From Andalucia godoyi And28 (taxonomy: Eukaryota; Protista; Jakobida), in NCBI GenBank assembly GCA_009859145.1, contig VRVR01000035.1:139026-203025 (forward strand): DNA of 64,000 nucleotides. Reading direction: 5' to 3'. The position numbers were made by a program, and so were the translations under genes. Shown here one piece after another: positions 1-10,152 of the stretch. The notes beneath the pieces are model-generated. The model was not told the origin of the DNA and ran no database searches. It saw only the letters and a program-made list of their open reading frames with translations. How positions within the stretch are numbered: the stretch's first letter is position 1; each line of letters starts with the position of its first letter.

Positions 1-1
1 C

Positions 2-598
2 GGATCAAAGTTCAGGTTACACATGTTTCACATTGACGATGATGAGCGTGTCTGCACTCTGTTCCTCGGACTTTCCGACTACCGTTCATATCTCGGGACG
101 AATGCTGCGGCGACAGTCGGATTTCCCTACGACGACCGCCACTTGTCCAATATTTTGGGAGTGGAATGCATTGTCCGGACGTCGGATGACAGGCTAGTTG
201 TTCTGAAAAGATCCTCTGAAGTTGCTGATTATCCAGGGGCATGCGTATTCCCTGGAGGCCACCCCGAACCATCCCGCGTGGCAAGCCACCTGAATGCAGA
301 GTCGATTGCTGCCGAGATCCGAAGTGCAGCACTGCAGGAATTGCTGGAGGAAACGGGAATTCCGCCGTCTTCCATTTCCGAGTATCAGCTGTGTGTGGTG
401 CAACTGGATTCTCTGCGCATGAACAAGCCTGACATTGTCTTTTTCGGTCGGACGTCACTGTCCAGCGAAGAGGTTCTCGAAGTGTACTCTACCGCTAAGG
501 ACGGGTTCGAGTCCACTTCCATTTTGTTCTTATCTAACGAGGACGTGGCCTCTGAAAAGTTTGTTCCTTCCCAGTTTCTTTCCGTCATTCCTCCTTGA
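2..598 (+). CDS. NUDT22: Nudix hydrolase NUDT22-like (5' truncated by window edge)
   Basis: Motifs YRSYLGTN, LGVECIVRTSDDRLVVLKRS and VFPGGHPEP plus a Nudix box (ELLEETG) match my recollection of NUDT22. The frame is open from position 2 to TGA at 596-598. Confidence 0.8.
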   Translation, partial: GSKFRLHMFHIDDDERVCTLFLGLSDYRSYLGTNAAATVGFPYDDRHLSNILGVECIVRTSDDRLVVLKRSSEVADYPGACVFPGGHPEPSRVASHLNAESIAAEIRSAALQELLEETGIPPSSISEYQLCVVQLDSLRMNKPDIVFFGRTSLSSEEVLEVYSTAKDGFESTSILFLSNEDVASEKFVPSQFLSVIPP

Positions 599-632
599 AT
601 CCTCATTTGCCTCACCAGCATCCGCCTTTTTC

Positions 633-2594
633 ATGTCTGTTGAAATTAGACCCGGAGTCTTTCGAAGCGCACTCCATGATGTTGCATCATCATCTTCTGA
701 CGCACTTGGGGTGAGCACCATTTTTGATGCTGTGCATCGATCTTTTTCTGCTTTTCCTTCACGGTGTATGTTTGAGTATGAGAAAGGCCGACATGTAGAT
801 GGGCAGGATGTGGACAGTGGAGAGAAAAACGAGATTGCTCATCAATCATTCTCGGATGTTGAGCGTCGTGTCAGGGATATTGGATCAGGGTTGTTGCATG
901 CAAAGGTACTCAGTAAGGGCGACTATGTCGGAATTATTTCTCGCACAATGTGCGAATGGCAGCTTGCAGCGTTTGCATCTGATTATTGTGGCGGGGTCCT
1001 TGTTCCCATGTACGACTCTTCTGCTGCTGACAAGATTCAATACATCCTTGACAAGGTGCCCTTCTCCCTTTTGTTTTCGTCTGTTTCTAATTTGAAAAAT
1101 CTCGCCGAAGCTCTCCAGGCCTCAGAGGCATCTCGTCAGAATTTGCGTTGTGTTGTGGTTCTTGAGGAACTGTATCACAACTTTCCCGAGTCGATGCGAT
1201 CTCTGTTCCGTTCGTTCGACATCAAGCTGTTTTCTTTATCGGAGGTTGAACGGCTGGGCAGGGAAACCGGTGTCTTGGAAGCTACACCATTGGGCCCCAC
1301 GGATGTGTGCACGATGATCCAGACTTCTGGCACGACAAAGAATCCTCGGTTGGTGCCCTTCACAGGACCGGGCATGCTGTCGGCAGTGAGTGGTGCGCTG
1401 CTGGCTCTCCAAGATAGCGGCTTTGTCTTCCAAGAGGATGATTCTTACTTGGCCTATCTTCCGCTGGCACACGTGTTTGAAAGAGCGGTTGAACTTGCTG
1501 CTGTATTGTCGGGAATTCGTGTGTCGTATTTTTCAGGAGACGTGAAGGACTTTGCAAGGAACGTTGCGCAATTTAAGCCGTCGTTGTTGTGTGGCGTCCC
1601 TCGTATATGGAATCGAGTCTACGAGCAGATCATGCGCGAAGCATCTTCCAATCCTTTCCAGAAGTTCATCTTCGCTCAGATGTGTTCCCTGAATCGGCTT
1701 GCAAGGCGAACCAAATTGGACGCCATCTTTCCCAGTCGCTTGTTGTTTGGGAAAGCCCGCCGAGTATTTGGTGGACGCCTGAGACTCCTTATGTCTTCGT
1801 CGGCTTTGTTGAGACCGGAAGTGGCTTCCGTGTTGTCGATTGTGCTCGCTCCTCTGGTGCAAATTTACGGTTCTACTGAAACCGGAGGCGCCGGTTTGAT
1901 TACGAGCGTGAAACGCAATCTCCACGATGCTTCTTCTTTGGGATTTCCGCTTCCTGGGTGCGAAGTATGTTTGCAGTCTGTACCGGATTTAGGGTACAGT
2001 GTCAGTTCCAATCCTCCGTCAGGAGAGCTTCTTGTTAGAGGCCCGTCGGTGAGCAAGGGCTATTTCCAAGATCCGAAATCGACTGCAGAAGACTTCCTTC
2101 CAGACGGCTGGTTTAGGACAGGTGACATCTTTCATAAGAACCGAGATGGGAGCTTCAGCATAATTGACCGACGCAAGAACTTTGTGAAGACTTCGCACGG
2201 AGAATTTGTTGCTCTTGAGCATGTTGAAAGTGTTCTTGTGAAATCGGACCTGGTCGAGAACATTTGGGTGCACGTAGACTCATCCCAACCATTTTCGGTT
2301 GCCATTGTGCTAGCGGATGAATCTCGACTGCAGAAGGCGGTCTCCAGTTCTGGCAGCTTGAGTGACAAATCGTCTTCAGAGGACGTTGCAGCCGATACGG
2401 TTCTAAAAGATATCGAGAGAGTCGGACGAGAACACGGTCTTCGCGGTTTTGAAATTCCAAAGAAAGTCTACGTTGAGACGAAGGTGAAGTGGTCTTCCGA
2501 AAACGATTTCTTGACGCCAACCATGAAGAAGAAGCGCACCAAGTTTCGAGATGCGTATGGTTCCACCATTCGTGAAATGTATTCGGAGGCATAA
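633..2594 (+). CDS. ACSL: Long-chain acyl-CoA synthetase (AMP-binding), 653 aa
   Basis: AMP-binding motifs IQTSGTTKNPR, YLAYLPLAHVFE, YGSTE, GWFRTGDI, IIDRRKN and LTPTMKKKR. First plausible ATG is at 633; the ORF-track extension from 435 overlaps NUDT22. Confidence 0.92.
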   Translation: MSVEIRPGVFRSALHDVASSSSDALGVSTIFDAVHRSFSAFPSRCMFEYEKGRHVDGQDVDSGEKNEIAHQSFSDVERRVRDIGSGLLHAKVLSKGDYVGIISRTMCEWQLAAFASDYCGGVLVPMYDSSAADKIQYILDKVPFSLLFSSVSNLKNLAEALQASEASRQNLRCVVVLEELYHNFPESMRSLFRSFDIKLFSLSEVERLGRETGVLEATPLGPTDVCTMIQTSGTTKNPRLVPFTGPGMLSAVSGALLALQDSGFVFQEDDSYLAYLPLAHVFERAVELAAVLSGIRVSYFSGDVKDFARNVAQFKPSLLCGVPRIWNRVYEQIMREASSNPFQKFIFAQMCSLNRLARRTKLDAIFPSRLLFGKARRVFGGRLRLLMSSSALLRPEVASVLSIVLAPLVQIYGSTETGGAGLITSVKRNLHDASSLGFPLPGCEVCLQSVPDLGYSVSSNPPSGELLVRGPSVSKGYFQDPKSTAEDFLPDGWFRTGDIFHKNRDGSFSIIDRRKNFVKTSHGEFVALEHVESVLVKSDLVENIWVHVDSSQPFSVAIVLADESRLQKAVSSSGSLSDKSSSEDVAADTVLKDIERVGREHGLRGFEIPKKVYVETKVKWSSENDFLTPTMKKKRTKFRDAYGSTIREMYSEA

Positions 2595-2675
2595 AAAAGG
2601 AATACTGTTAAAAGAGTTACCCAGTTTTGCCAAGACTCGCGTGGATGTTTTTAAATTTTTTTAAATAACATGAAA

Positions 2676-5600
2676 TCAATCCGAATAGTAATCATCATCA
2701 TCGTCGTCGTCGTCGATTTCTTCAAACACTTCTTCGTCGTCACCGTCGGACTCAGTGTCGACAATCTTTTTTGAGGCAGCAACGGCTTTCCGAACGGGAC
2801 GAGTCCTGCTCGGCAGGGGTTTCGGAGGGAGCTCCACGCTACCGTCAGAATCCACATCAATCACGCTAACTGCTGCCTTAGACTTTGCAGTTTTCCTTGT
2901 TTCTGCAGTTGTTGCATCTTTAGCAACTGCCCTTGCGCGGGTTTTTTTTGGCACATCTGCATTGGCAATAACGGGCGGAGGCTTCGACAAAGCAGATTTC
3001 ACGGTGGGATTTCCGCTGTTAACGCGCCCTAACAGTCGGGCAAACATCCCATCCGTTGAGACAGAGGGTAGCGAAGCGGCCATCGAAGAAACTTCCTCCT
3101 TCTTTGTCGAACGACCCTTTTTGGCAGGCGGAACAGCTGCGACGTCTTCCTCATCTTCACCGACAGTTGCTCGTTTTCGTGCAACGGGCTTTTTCGCGGC
3201 ATTTAGCTCCACAGCAGTTGCAGCTTGCAGCGCAACTTTCATTTGTAGAGCCTTCCGCTTGACATCTGCGTCAGCATCGGCACTAGTCTCACGCTGTTTA
3301 GGCCGTGATTTCACAGGAGTCGGCGAATCTTCCAAAGCAAACGAATCATTCTTCGGATGTTCACTGCGATCTCCGTCGCTATCCTCACTTTCGTTACCAA
3401 GAACCAATGGCTCATTTTCATCGGACTCTGAAAACACAAACTTATCCTTCTTCACCGTCTTTTTCGGTTTTGCAACTGGATCAAGCTCAAATTCCAGAAT
3501 TCTTTCCACATCCACAACGGAGTTACCTTTGCTAGTTGGTTTCCGTTTTGGAAGAACATCCAATGCGATTTCCTCGCCGCCCAATTCCACGGGGACAGCC
3601 AGAGGTTCATTCTTGCTCTTTTTCGCTTTCGTCTTTTTTGAAGCCTTTGCGTAATCATCATCATCCGAGTCATTGTTCATTTCGAAGGAATCATCGGCCT
3701 TCTTTGACTTCCTTTTCGGTTTCGCATCTCGCGGTGCGTTTTCTTCTGCAGGCAATAATTCACTTTCATATTCATCGAGTCCCTTTTCCAAAGCGTCCAG
3801 ATCTTGAATCCACATCTGTCGATGATCCGTTCGTATCAGTTGCTGCAGCGAGCGTTCTTTTTCTTCTCGCTGGATTTTCAACTGCTGGACCTTCTCAAAC
3901 GTCAGTGAAGAAAGGGGCATGGAAAACAAGTATTCATATCCCTTCTCCACGCTAGACATTGGCTGATCATCATTATTTTCGCTCTCATCCACTTTCTTGG
4001 AATCATCAAAGACATCATATTTTTGACGCACAAGATCTTGCACAATATCCGCTTTCTTTCTGTTGTGGATCTTCAGTTCACCAGACAACACCGCAAGAAT
4101 GAATTTCATTCTGTTGTCCAACCGTTTGAACTCCTTGCTCAACTCCTCAACCATGTACTTTTTCCGCATGGCATAAAATTTCATTCGAACACGGAAGAAT
4201 TCATCAACAATCGAAGTCACATCCGTGTATCTCTTGATGTGTCCAGCCTCATCAAAAAGGATCATGTTGGATAAAGTAACAGACGTTGCAAGGCGCAGGA
4301 TTTTCGCCACTTGCGCTGCTCCGCCTGCCAGAAGCTCTGAAAGAATACCATCAGAGACAAAGTACACGAGAAATCGGACCGAAGTGTCAGAATGATAGTC
4401 CTTGTAATCGCGGATCAGCTTGCCTTCTGTTACCTTCTCCTCCAGAAATTCTTTGTATTTCTGTGTCCAAAACCCGATAGGTAGTTCAGTAATTTCCACA
4501 CAGTCCGAGGCAACCTTGGAGATTCTTCCAGTAACGTAGAAACTGGAGCCTTCATCATCAGTAGGCGTTACAACGCCGTTGAATCCACGGAACCACGGGA
4601 TCAGCTCTACGTCTTCGAGAATATTCTTCTGGGGGGTGTTTCGCATTTCTGAAGACCCGGTGGACATGTCTCTTTGCAACCGGGTTCGGAGAGCATGAAT
4701 CAAATCCTTCGGATTGAATGTCGGAACCTCTGTTGACCAGCCAGTTCCGATTCCCTTGGCACCATTCACTAAGACCATCGGAATGATTGGAACATAGTAG
4801 GTAGGCTCAATCTTTTGACCATCATCCTCGAGATACGACAACAAAGGATCATCATCTTCCGGAAACAGCAATCTCGTAATCAACGACAGCCTGGTAAAAA
4901 TGTAACGAGCGGAAGCAGCATCCGACCCACCCGCAATCCTGGTTCCGAATTGCCCGGACGGAAACAGCAGATTGATGTTATTGGACCCTACAAAATTCTG
5001 CGCCATTCCTACAATTGTCGAGGCCAGACTCTGCTCTCCATGATGGTAGGCGGAATGTTCTGCAACATACCCTGCAAGCTGTGCAACCTTGATCTCCTGT
5101 TTTAGCTTCCTCTTAAAACAAGCGAAGAGTACTTTTCTATGCCCAGGTTTGAAGCCATCCATCACGGACGGTATGGAACGCTGGTTGTCCATTACCGAGA
5201 AAAGAATCAACTCCTTGTTGATGAACTCCGAATAGTTGATCAAACTTTGCGAGTGGTCCAAAAATGTGCCGGGCTCAAATCGCGCCAGCCAGGCCTTTCT
5301 CTCATCGGCCTTCTTTTTCGAGAAGGCGAGCTCAATGTCTGCGTCAGTTGCAGGGCCGTACGAGAACGCCTTTTCATGCAAAGGAAGATTACGAAAATAC
5401 TCCCTCGCCTCTGCCGCTGTCGAAGTTCCCAGACCCTTGTAGTACTTGATGCTCCAGCCACGAAGCTCATTTTTTTGCATGATCGACTTGTACCACGATT
5501 CATATTCTGGAATAGTGAAAAATACCTCGGCAACTTTTCCTTTGATGCACTTGACGATAGGGGTAACGAATTCCATCAGAAAGCCCGGATGCTTAAGAAG

Positions 5601-7220
5601 AGAAGGCCAATAGCAATGCAAGAAATTAATGATGAGCCCTTTGATGTGGGAACCGTCGTGATCCTGATCCGTCATGATCATCATATGCCCATACCGTAGT
5701 TCCTTGAGCTCTTTCTCCGTATCATAGGACTTCCCCTGCTTCAAGCCGAGAATCTGCTTCAGTGCAGTAATTTCCGCATTGTCCGCGATTTGCTTGGGAG
5801 AAGCTTCACGCACATTCAACAGCTTTCCACGCAAAGGAAAAACACCGTAATAATCACGACCAACGACTGACAAACCGGAAACAGCCAACGCCTTCGCCGA
5901 GTCTCCTTCTGTCAATATCAAAGTGCATTTCAACGAATTCCGGCCACCAGCTTCGTTTGCATCGTCCAATTTTGGGATTCCAGATAGCCTCGTCTTTTTG
6001 GATCCATCTGTTTTCTTGAGTTCTGTGGAGGCTTTGAAGTTGGACCACTGGGCGACTTTGTCAACAATTCCAAGTTTGATGAAGGATTTCACGAACTTTT
6101 CCGAGACCTTTGCAGCTGATCCAAAGTTCTGATGTTTTGTCGTTAGCGTCTCCTTGGTTTGAGAGTCAAAGGAGGGATTTTCGATCAGAGCATTGAGAAA
6201 GATCCATATGAAATTCTTCACCATATGCGGCTTGACGTCTGCAGATTTCGCCTTCTTCTTCACTGGATCCAGCAGTTCACTCACGATCTGATCAGCTATG
6301 TATGATACGTGCGATCCACCGTTAGTTGTTGCGATTGCGTTAACGAAGGACACACTTTGAAATTGGCCATCTGACACACAGACAGCATATTCCCAGCGAT
6401 CACCTGCCTTTTCATACGCAAGCTCGCCAGAGACCGGATACAACCGCACGTATTCCAAAAAATTCTTGATGCGGATTGGAAGTCCGTTAAGTTGCACAGT
6501 GACTCCGCCATTGACGCATCCCGCCAAATCATAGGCTCGCTTCGTGAACAGAGCCACAATGTCGGAATCAAGATGTGACATCCTGAATCTCCGCAAATCC
6601 GGGAAAAACGTAACCCGTGTGAACGACTTCTCGACTCTCAATTGCTTTTCAGTCAGACACGTCAATTGCGGCTGTTCAATGACGGAGAGATTATCACGGA
6701 ATTCCTGACGATACTTGAGTTTTCGATCCGGATCAAGAGTCTCGATGATAAACTTTGTAGAAAATATGTTCGCCAGTTTTGCACCATACCCATTTCTTCC
6801 TCCAGTCGTCTTTTTCTCAACATCATCATAGTTCGATCCGGTGAGCAGATGGCCGAAAATCAATTCTGGAACATAGACCTTGTGTTCCTGGTGCACAACC
6901 ACCGGAATGCCGGAGCCGTTGTTCATAATTGAAATGGAGCCGGCTTCCACATCAATTTGAATGTCAACAAGATTCATTGACGGATCCCGCTGCTTGTTGT
7001 CCGCAGCGTTGACAAGAATTTCATCGAAGATCTTATACAAGCCAGGAACATACGTAATGGTTCTGTTTTCGAAGCGAGCAGTCTCAGGGTTGACCACCCA
7101 CATGGGTAGCGTTGCAGAATCCAGTGATCCAACATACGTGTCAGGACGAAGCAAGATGTGTTCAAGCTGAGTCTTCTTTTGATACGTCTGTTCAATGCTT
7201 TTTGAGGACTGACTCATCAT
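2676..7220 (-). CDS. TOP2: DNA topoisomerase II, 1514 aa
   Basis: YQKKTQLEHILLRPDTYVGS, GRNGYGAKL, TOPRIM EGDSA/PLRGK/DQDHDG, catalytic ASARY and a charged C-terminal tail. ATG at 7220; the track start at 7307 is a TTG. Confidence 0.98.
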   Translation of the reverse strand: MMSQSSKSIEQTYQKKTQLEHILLRPDTYVGSLDSATLPMWVVNPETARFENRTITYVPGLYKIFDEILVNAADNKQRDPSMNLVDIQIDVEAGSISIMNNGSGIPVVVHQEHKVYVPELIFGHLLTGSNYDDVEKKTTGGRNGYGAKLANIFSTKFIIETLDPDRKLKYRQEFRDNLSVIEQPQLTCLTEKQLRVEKSFTRVTFFPDLRRFRMSHLDSDIVALFTKRAYDLAGCVNGGVTVQLNGLPIRIKNFLEYVRLYPVSGELAYEKAGDRWEYAVCVSDGQFQSVSFVNAIATTNGGSHVSYIADQIVSELLDPVKKKAKSADVKPHMVKNFIWIFLNALIENPSFDSQTKETLTTKHQNFGSAAKVSEKFVKSFIKLGIVDKVAQWSNFKASTELKKTDGSKKTRLSGIPKLDDANEAGGRNSLKCTLILTEGDSAKALAVSGLSVVGRDYYGVFPLRGKLLNVREASPKQIADNAEITALKQILGLKQGKSYDTEKELKELRYGHMMIMTDQDHDGSHIKGLIINFLHCYWPSLLKHPGFLMEFVTPIVKCIKGKVAEVFFTIPEYESWYKSIMQKNELRGWSIKYYKGLGTSTAAEAREYFRNLPLHEKAFSYGPATDADIELAFSKKKADERKAWLARFEPGTFLDHSQSLINYSEFINKELILFSVMDNQRSIPSVMDGFKPGHRKVLFACFKRKLKQEIKVAQLAGYVAEHSAYHHGEQSLASTIVGMAQNFVGSNNINLLFPSGQFGTRIAGGSDAASARYIFTRLSLITRLLFPEDDDPLLSYLEDDGQKIEPTYYVPIIPMVLVNGAKGIGTGWSTEVPTFNPKDLIHALRTRLQRDMSTGSSEMRNTPQKNILEDVELIPWFRGFNGVVTPTDDEGSSFYVTGRISKVASDCVEITELPIGFWTQKYKEFLEEKVTEGKLIRDYKDYHSDTSVRFLVYFVSDGILSELLAGGAAQVAKILRLATSVTLSNMILFDEAGHIKRYTDVTSIVDEFFRVRMKFYAMRKKYMVEELSKEFKRLDNRMKFILAVLSGELKIHNRKKADIVQDLVRQKYDVFDDSKKVDESENNDDQPMSSVEKGYEYLFSMPLSSLTFEKVQQLKIQREEKERSLQQLIRTDHRQMWIQDLDALEKGLDEYESELLPAEENAPRDAKPKRKSKKADDSFEMNNDSDDDDYAKASKKTKAKKSKNEPLAVPVELGGEEIALDVLPKRKPTSKGNSVVDVERILEFELDPVAKPKKTVKKDKFVFSESDENEPLVLGNESEDSDGDRSEHPKNDSFALEDSPTPVKSRPKQRETSADADADVKRKALQMKVALQAATAVELNAAKKPVARKRATVGEDEEDVAAVPPAKKGRSTKKEEVSSMAASLPSVSTDGMFARLLGRVNSGNPTVKSALSKPPPVIANADVPKKTRARAVAKDATTAETRKTAKSKAAVSVIDVDSDGSVELPPKPLPSRTRPVRKAVAASKKIVDTESDGDDEEVFEEIDDDDDDDDYYSD

Positions 7221-7394
7221 GAAATCCGCGGCCACAAAAAGTGCAGGACGGCACAACGAAATTCCAAAAATACCTGACACGAAAAAAATAAACAAACACA
7301 CAAACAAACAAGTAAACCGAACCGTGAACGAAAAACTTAACGATCCTCGTTCTTAAAGAATTTCGAATTTCAACCCATGGCTGGGCCCCCAAGG

Positions 7395-7408
7395 TTTCGC
7401 GCGGGAAA
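7395..7408. promoter_or_regulatory. Overlapping double E2F-type site TTTCGCGCGGGAAA
   Basis: TTTCGCGC on + and TTTCCCGC on - both match TTTSSCGC. It lies about 175 bp upstream of the TOP2 ATG in the TOP2/glutaredoxin divergent gap. Confidence 0.55.
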
Positions 7409-7578
7409 TGGTCTTTCACGGACTTTTGCTATGTATGTCCGGTACGGTATTGTTTTCCTTTTGTTTTGCTGTCCTTTGATGCTGGATGCTACATGCTTTC
7501 GAGAAATAAAATAATCAAGTGCTTGTGCTTTGCCACGCCGCAGATTTTTTCCGTCGTTCCGGGCTGCTCTGGTTTTGT

Positions 7579-7986
7579 ATGAAGACTGGAGAACGTGGTT
7601 CCGGCATAAATTCCGAGTTCGCATTCATGGAGTTTTTCAAATCTCTTCTGGGGTTCAAAGATGCTCCAGTACAATATACGTATGTGATCCTTGGGATTGA
7701 ACAGTGTCCGTCTTGCACAGCGGCAAAGTGCCTCGCAGCGGAAGTTCAGAAGTCGGTGCCGGGAATTCGCTGCGACATCTCTACGATCCCAGTGTCTGAA
7801 TTCAGACAGACAATTCAGAATGCAAAGGAGATTCTTGGCCCTTCTGCACAGAGACACCGAACTGCACCATTTATTTACCGAGTGGATGCCGAGAAGGGGC
7901 AGAAGATGTTCATCGGGGGGTTCGACAGCTTCAAGGATTTTGTCAAAGAAAACCATCATTTCGAAGCGCTGCAGTGCAGATACTAG
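7579..7986 (+). CDS. Dithiol glutaredoxin (CPSC active site), GrxA-like
   Basis: VILGIEQCPSCTAAK, cis-Pro loop RTAPFI and FIGGFDSFKDFVKEN. The start is ATG 7579 or ATG 7627. Confidence 0.8.
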   Translation: MKTGERGSGINSEFAFMEFFKSLLGFKDAPVQYTYVILGIEQCPSCTAAKCLAAEVQKSVPGIRCDISTIPVSEFRQTIQNAKEILGPSAQRHRTAPFIYRVDAEKGQKMFIGGFDSFKDFVKENHHFEALQCRY

Positions 7987-8089
7987 AGGTGCGTATTTTG
8001 CAGCACCAGCAGCAATAATAATTTAATTAAATAAAAAATAGACATCGTAGTAATTCGTTGCCTGACCTCAGATATCGGAGTGTTGTTCG

Positions 8090-9694
8090 TCAGCGAGCTT
8101 TTGCGGCCAATGATTCGGCAAAAACCTGTGCACGCGCAATTTGATTCGATTGAACGTTGTTCACAGCCGCGCTGATCGACGCGAATACCGTCTGAGAAAC
8201 GTTTGCATCGAGACACCGAGCTTTCAAATCACGAAACTCTCCAGAGAGTTTTTCGACGGCCTTCACAAACTCCCTGAGTCGTGGCTGCTGGTTTTGAGAA
8301 ACCACCGCCAAATGCCCGAATGTATGCCAAAAATGTGTCAAAATCTCGTTCAGGGACAGAAACAAACTCTTGAGCTTGTCCACAAATTCAGACTGTGTGC
8401 CACCTTTGCCTTGTCCGGATTGTCCAATGAAGGGCGCGTCTTCCTTCAACACGGTCGAAGAAGCGTCAGCAATTTCTTCAAAAATACTCAAAGGAGTCGT
8501 GGGAAACATGGACAAGCCATTTCGGCGCTCTGCGACAAGTTTCGCATCACCGGCACTCAGGGACTTCTCAAAGTACGTGTCATAGTCACGTACTGACAGC
8601 GGGACCAGCCTCTTTTTCTTTGAGGCTCGCAACTCCGGAAGGTCATCCACTACATTATCCGCAACCAACGAAACACGGTCCACAACAAGTTCAGAATGGC
8701 GATTGATTTTCCGAAATAGCGCAATACGAGGATCTGAAGCATGGTCAAGCGGTGCATCATCTGTTCGCAGACCATGAAACGCATCCGACTCTTCATTTCG
8801 AGAAAGATTATTTCTGCCGGTAATATGCTTCAGATCCGAAATGAGGTCCTCCCAAGACGTATCTCCCGCATCTTCAGCCTGAAGAGACTTGAGTTTCTCC
8901 AATATCTTACGTGATCTGTCTGCAGACTTGCTGTCCTCTTTGGAAGCCGATTCCGTTGCATCATCCTCATCTACTCTGTGGAAATATGCCGATCGCAAAA
9001 TAATGGACCAAAATTCTTTCTCTGTGCAGTCCAAAGGAACCATTCGCTTGTAGGCTCTGCGAATCGACACGTGATTCTGCAATATCGCGTGCTTGTCCCG
9101 AGCAGTCAAGGTGACTTTCTTGGTTGCAGAAGATGTAATTGGCTGTTCGGCGGAAAGCTTGTTCTCTACACCACTTTCCATGGCCAGGAATCGCGCATGG
9201 ATCGCTTCATTCCGACGATCCCAAAATTCTGTGTCGGTAAGCATTTTTCGGTTGACAACCAATTCTTGATGAAGCGACTTCATTTGAGGATTCATTTCCA
9301 ACACAGTTTTTCGAAGGCGAAGAGTCTCCTCCACAGCTGCTGGATCGTCGTCCTTTGGGGGATTGGCTTTCCAATGCTGCAGAATGTCCCGCACCATATC
9401 TCTTGATTCAGACGCATTCGCAGTTCCTGAAAAGTCCAACACGTAAGAATCGTCTTTGGAAGCTTCTTTTGAAGCAAACGAAATCTGAAGCAAGACTCTG
9501 CCTTTGGCGTTTGTTGCATTCGCTTTCACAGCCGATATGCTCTGAATTGCCAGCACCAGCGTTGGCTTCTTCGAAACCGAGCCAACTTCATGCTCCTTGT
9601 GGAAAATCAACTTGCGCGAGCTGATCGAAACGATTCCAATGACGTTCTTGATGGAACAAGGAGCGCTAAACAGCACCTTCTCCGATTCAGACAT
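8090..9694 (-). CDS. GTF2H1: TFIIH subunit p62 (PH domain plus two BSD domains), 534 aa
   Basis: N-terminal PH-like region, BSD1 (VLEMNPQMKSLHQELVVNRKMLTDTEFW) and BSD2 (ILQNHVSIRRAYKRMVPLDCTEKEFW). ATG at 9694. Confidence 0.85.
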   Translation of the reverse strand: MSESEKVLFSAPCSIKNVIGIVSISSRKLIFHKEHEVGSVSKKPTLVLAIQSISAVKANATNAKGRVLLQISFASKEASKDDSYVLDFSGTANASESRDMVRDILQHWKANPPKDDDPAAVEETLRLRKTVLEMNPQMKSLHQELVVNRKMLTDTEFWDRRNEAIHARFLAMESGVENKLSAEQPITSSATKKVTLTARDKHAILQNHVSIRRAYKRMVPLDCTEKEFWSIILRSAYFHRVDEDDATESASKEDSKSADRSRKILEKLKSLQAEDAGDTSWEDLISDLKHITGRNNLSRNEESDAFHGLRTDDAPLDHASDPRIALFRKINRHSELVVDRVSLVADNVVDDLPELRASKKKRLVPLSVRDYDTYFEKSLSAGDAKLVAERRNGLSMFPTTPLSIFEEIADASSTVLKEDAPFIGQSGQGKGGTQSEFVDKLKSLFLSLNEILTHFWHTFGHLAVVSQNQQPRLREFVKAVEKLSGEFRDLKARCLDANVSQTVFASISAAVNNVQSNQIARAQVFAESLAAKAR

Positions 9695-10152
9695 CACGCC
9701 ATACCGATTCCTTCGCGAACGAGGCCCAGAGTCAGAAGCAACGAACAACGAGAACGCAGACGTTTTCGATGATTCTTCTTTTTCTTTTGAATTTGTGAGA
9801 GCGTCTTTGCGGGTCGAAGGAAAGCTAAAAGAGAGGGAGGGGGGGGGGGGGGGTTGTGTGAGATGAGACTTGAGACTTGAGCCTATTGGTTTTTTCGCGC
9901 CTGAGGAGAATCGATTCGGATGTTTTTTTGCCCGGGAAAAGGGAACCTTGCCGCCTGCTGTAATGGCCCTCGTTCGCCACTCCAGGATCCCCCGAGGGAC
10001 AGAAGAAAATGCTGCTGCTGCTCCTCGGTCCTGTTTCGAAATTGAGCATTCACTCTTGCTCCATTTTTCGTTCATTCCGTTTTCGTTTTCGGTATTTTTT
10101 TTTTGTCACTCACTCTTTAATTTATCTCTTGTATTCCGGCCATCTGGCGTTG

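Noticed and set aside
559-632. Possible spliced NUDT22-ACSL fusion
   Set aside because: There is no GTAYGT donor, and the one GT..AG pair I tested (559-618) stays in the NUDT22 frame and reaches a stop.
2755-3654. 299-aa plus-strand ORF inside TOP2
   Set aside because: Antisense shadow of the Lys/Glu-rich TOP2 tail, with Phe/Ser/Leu-rich composition and no family signal.
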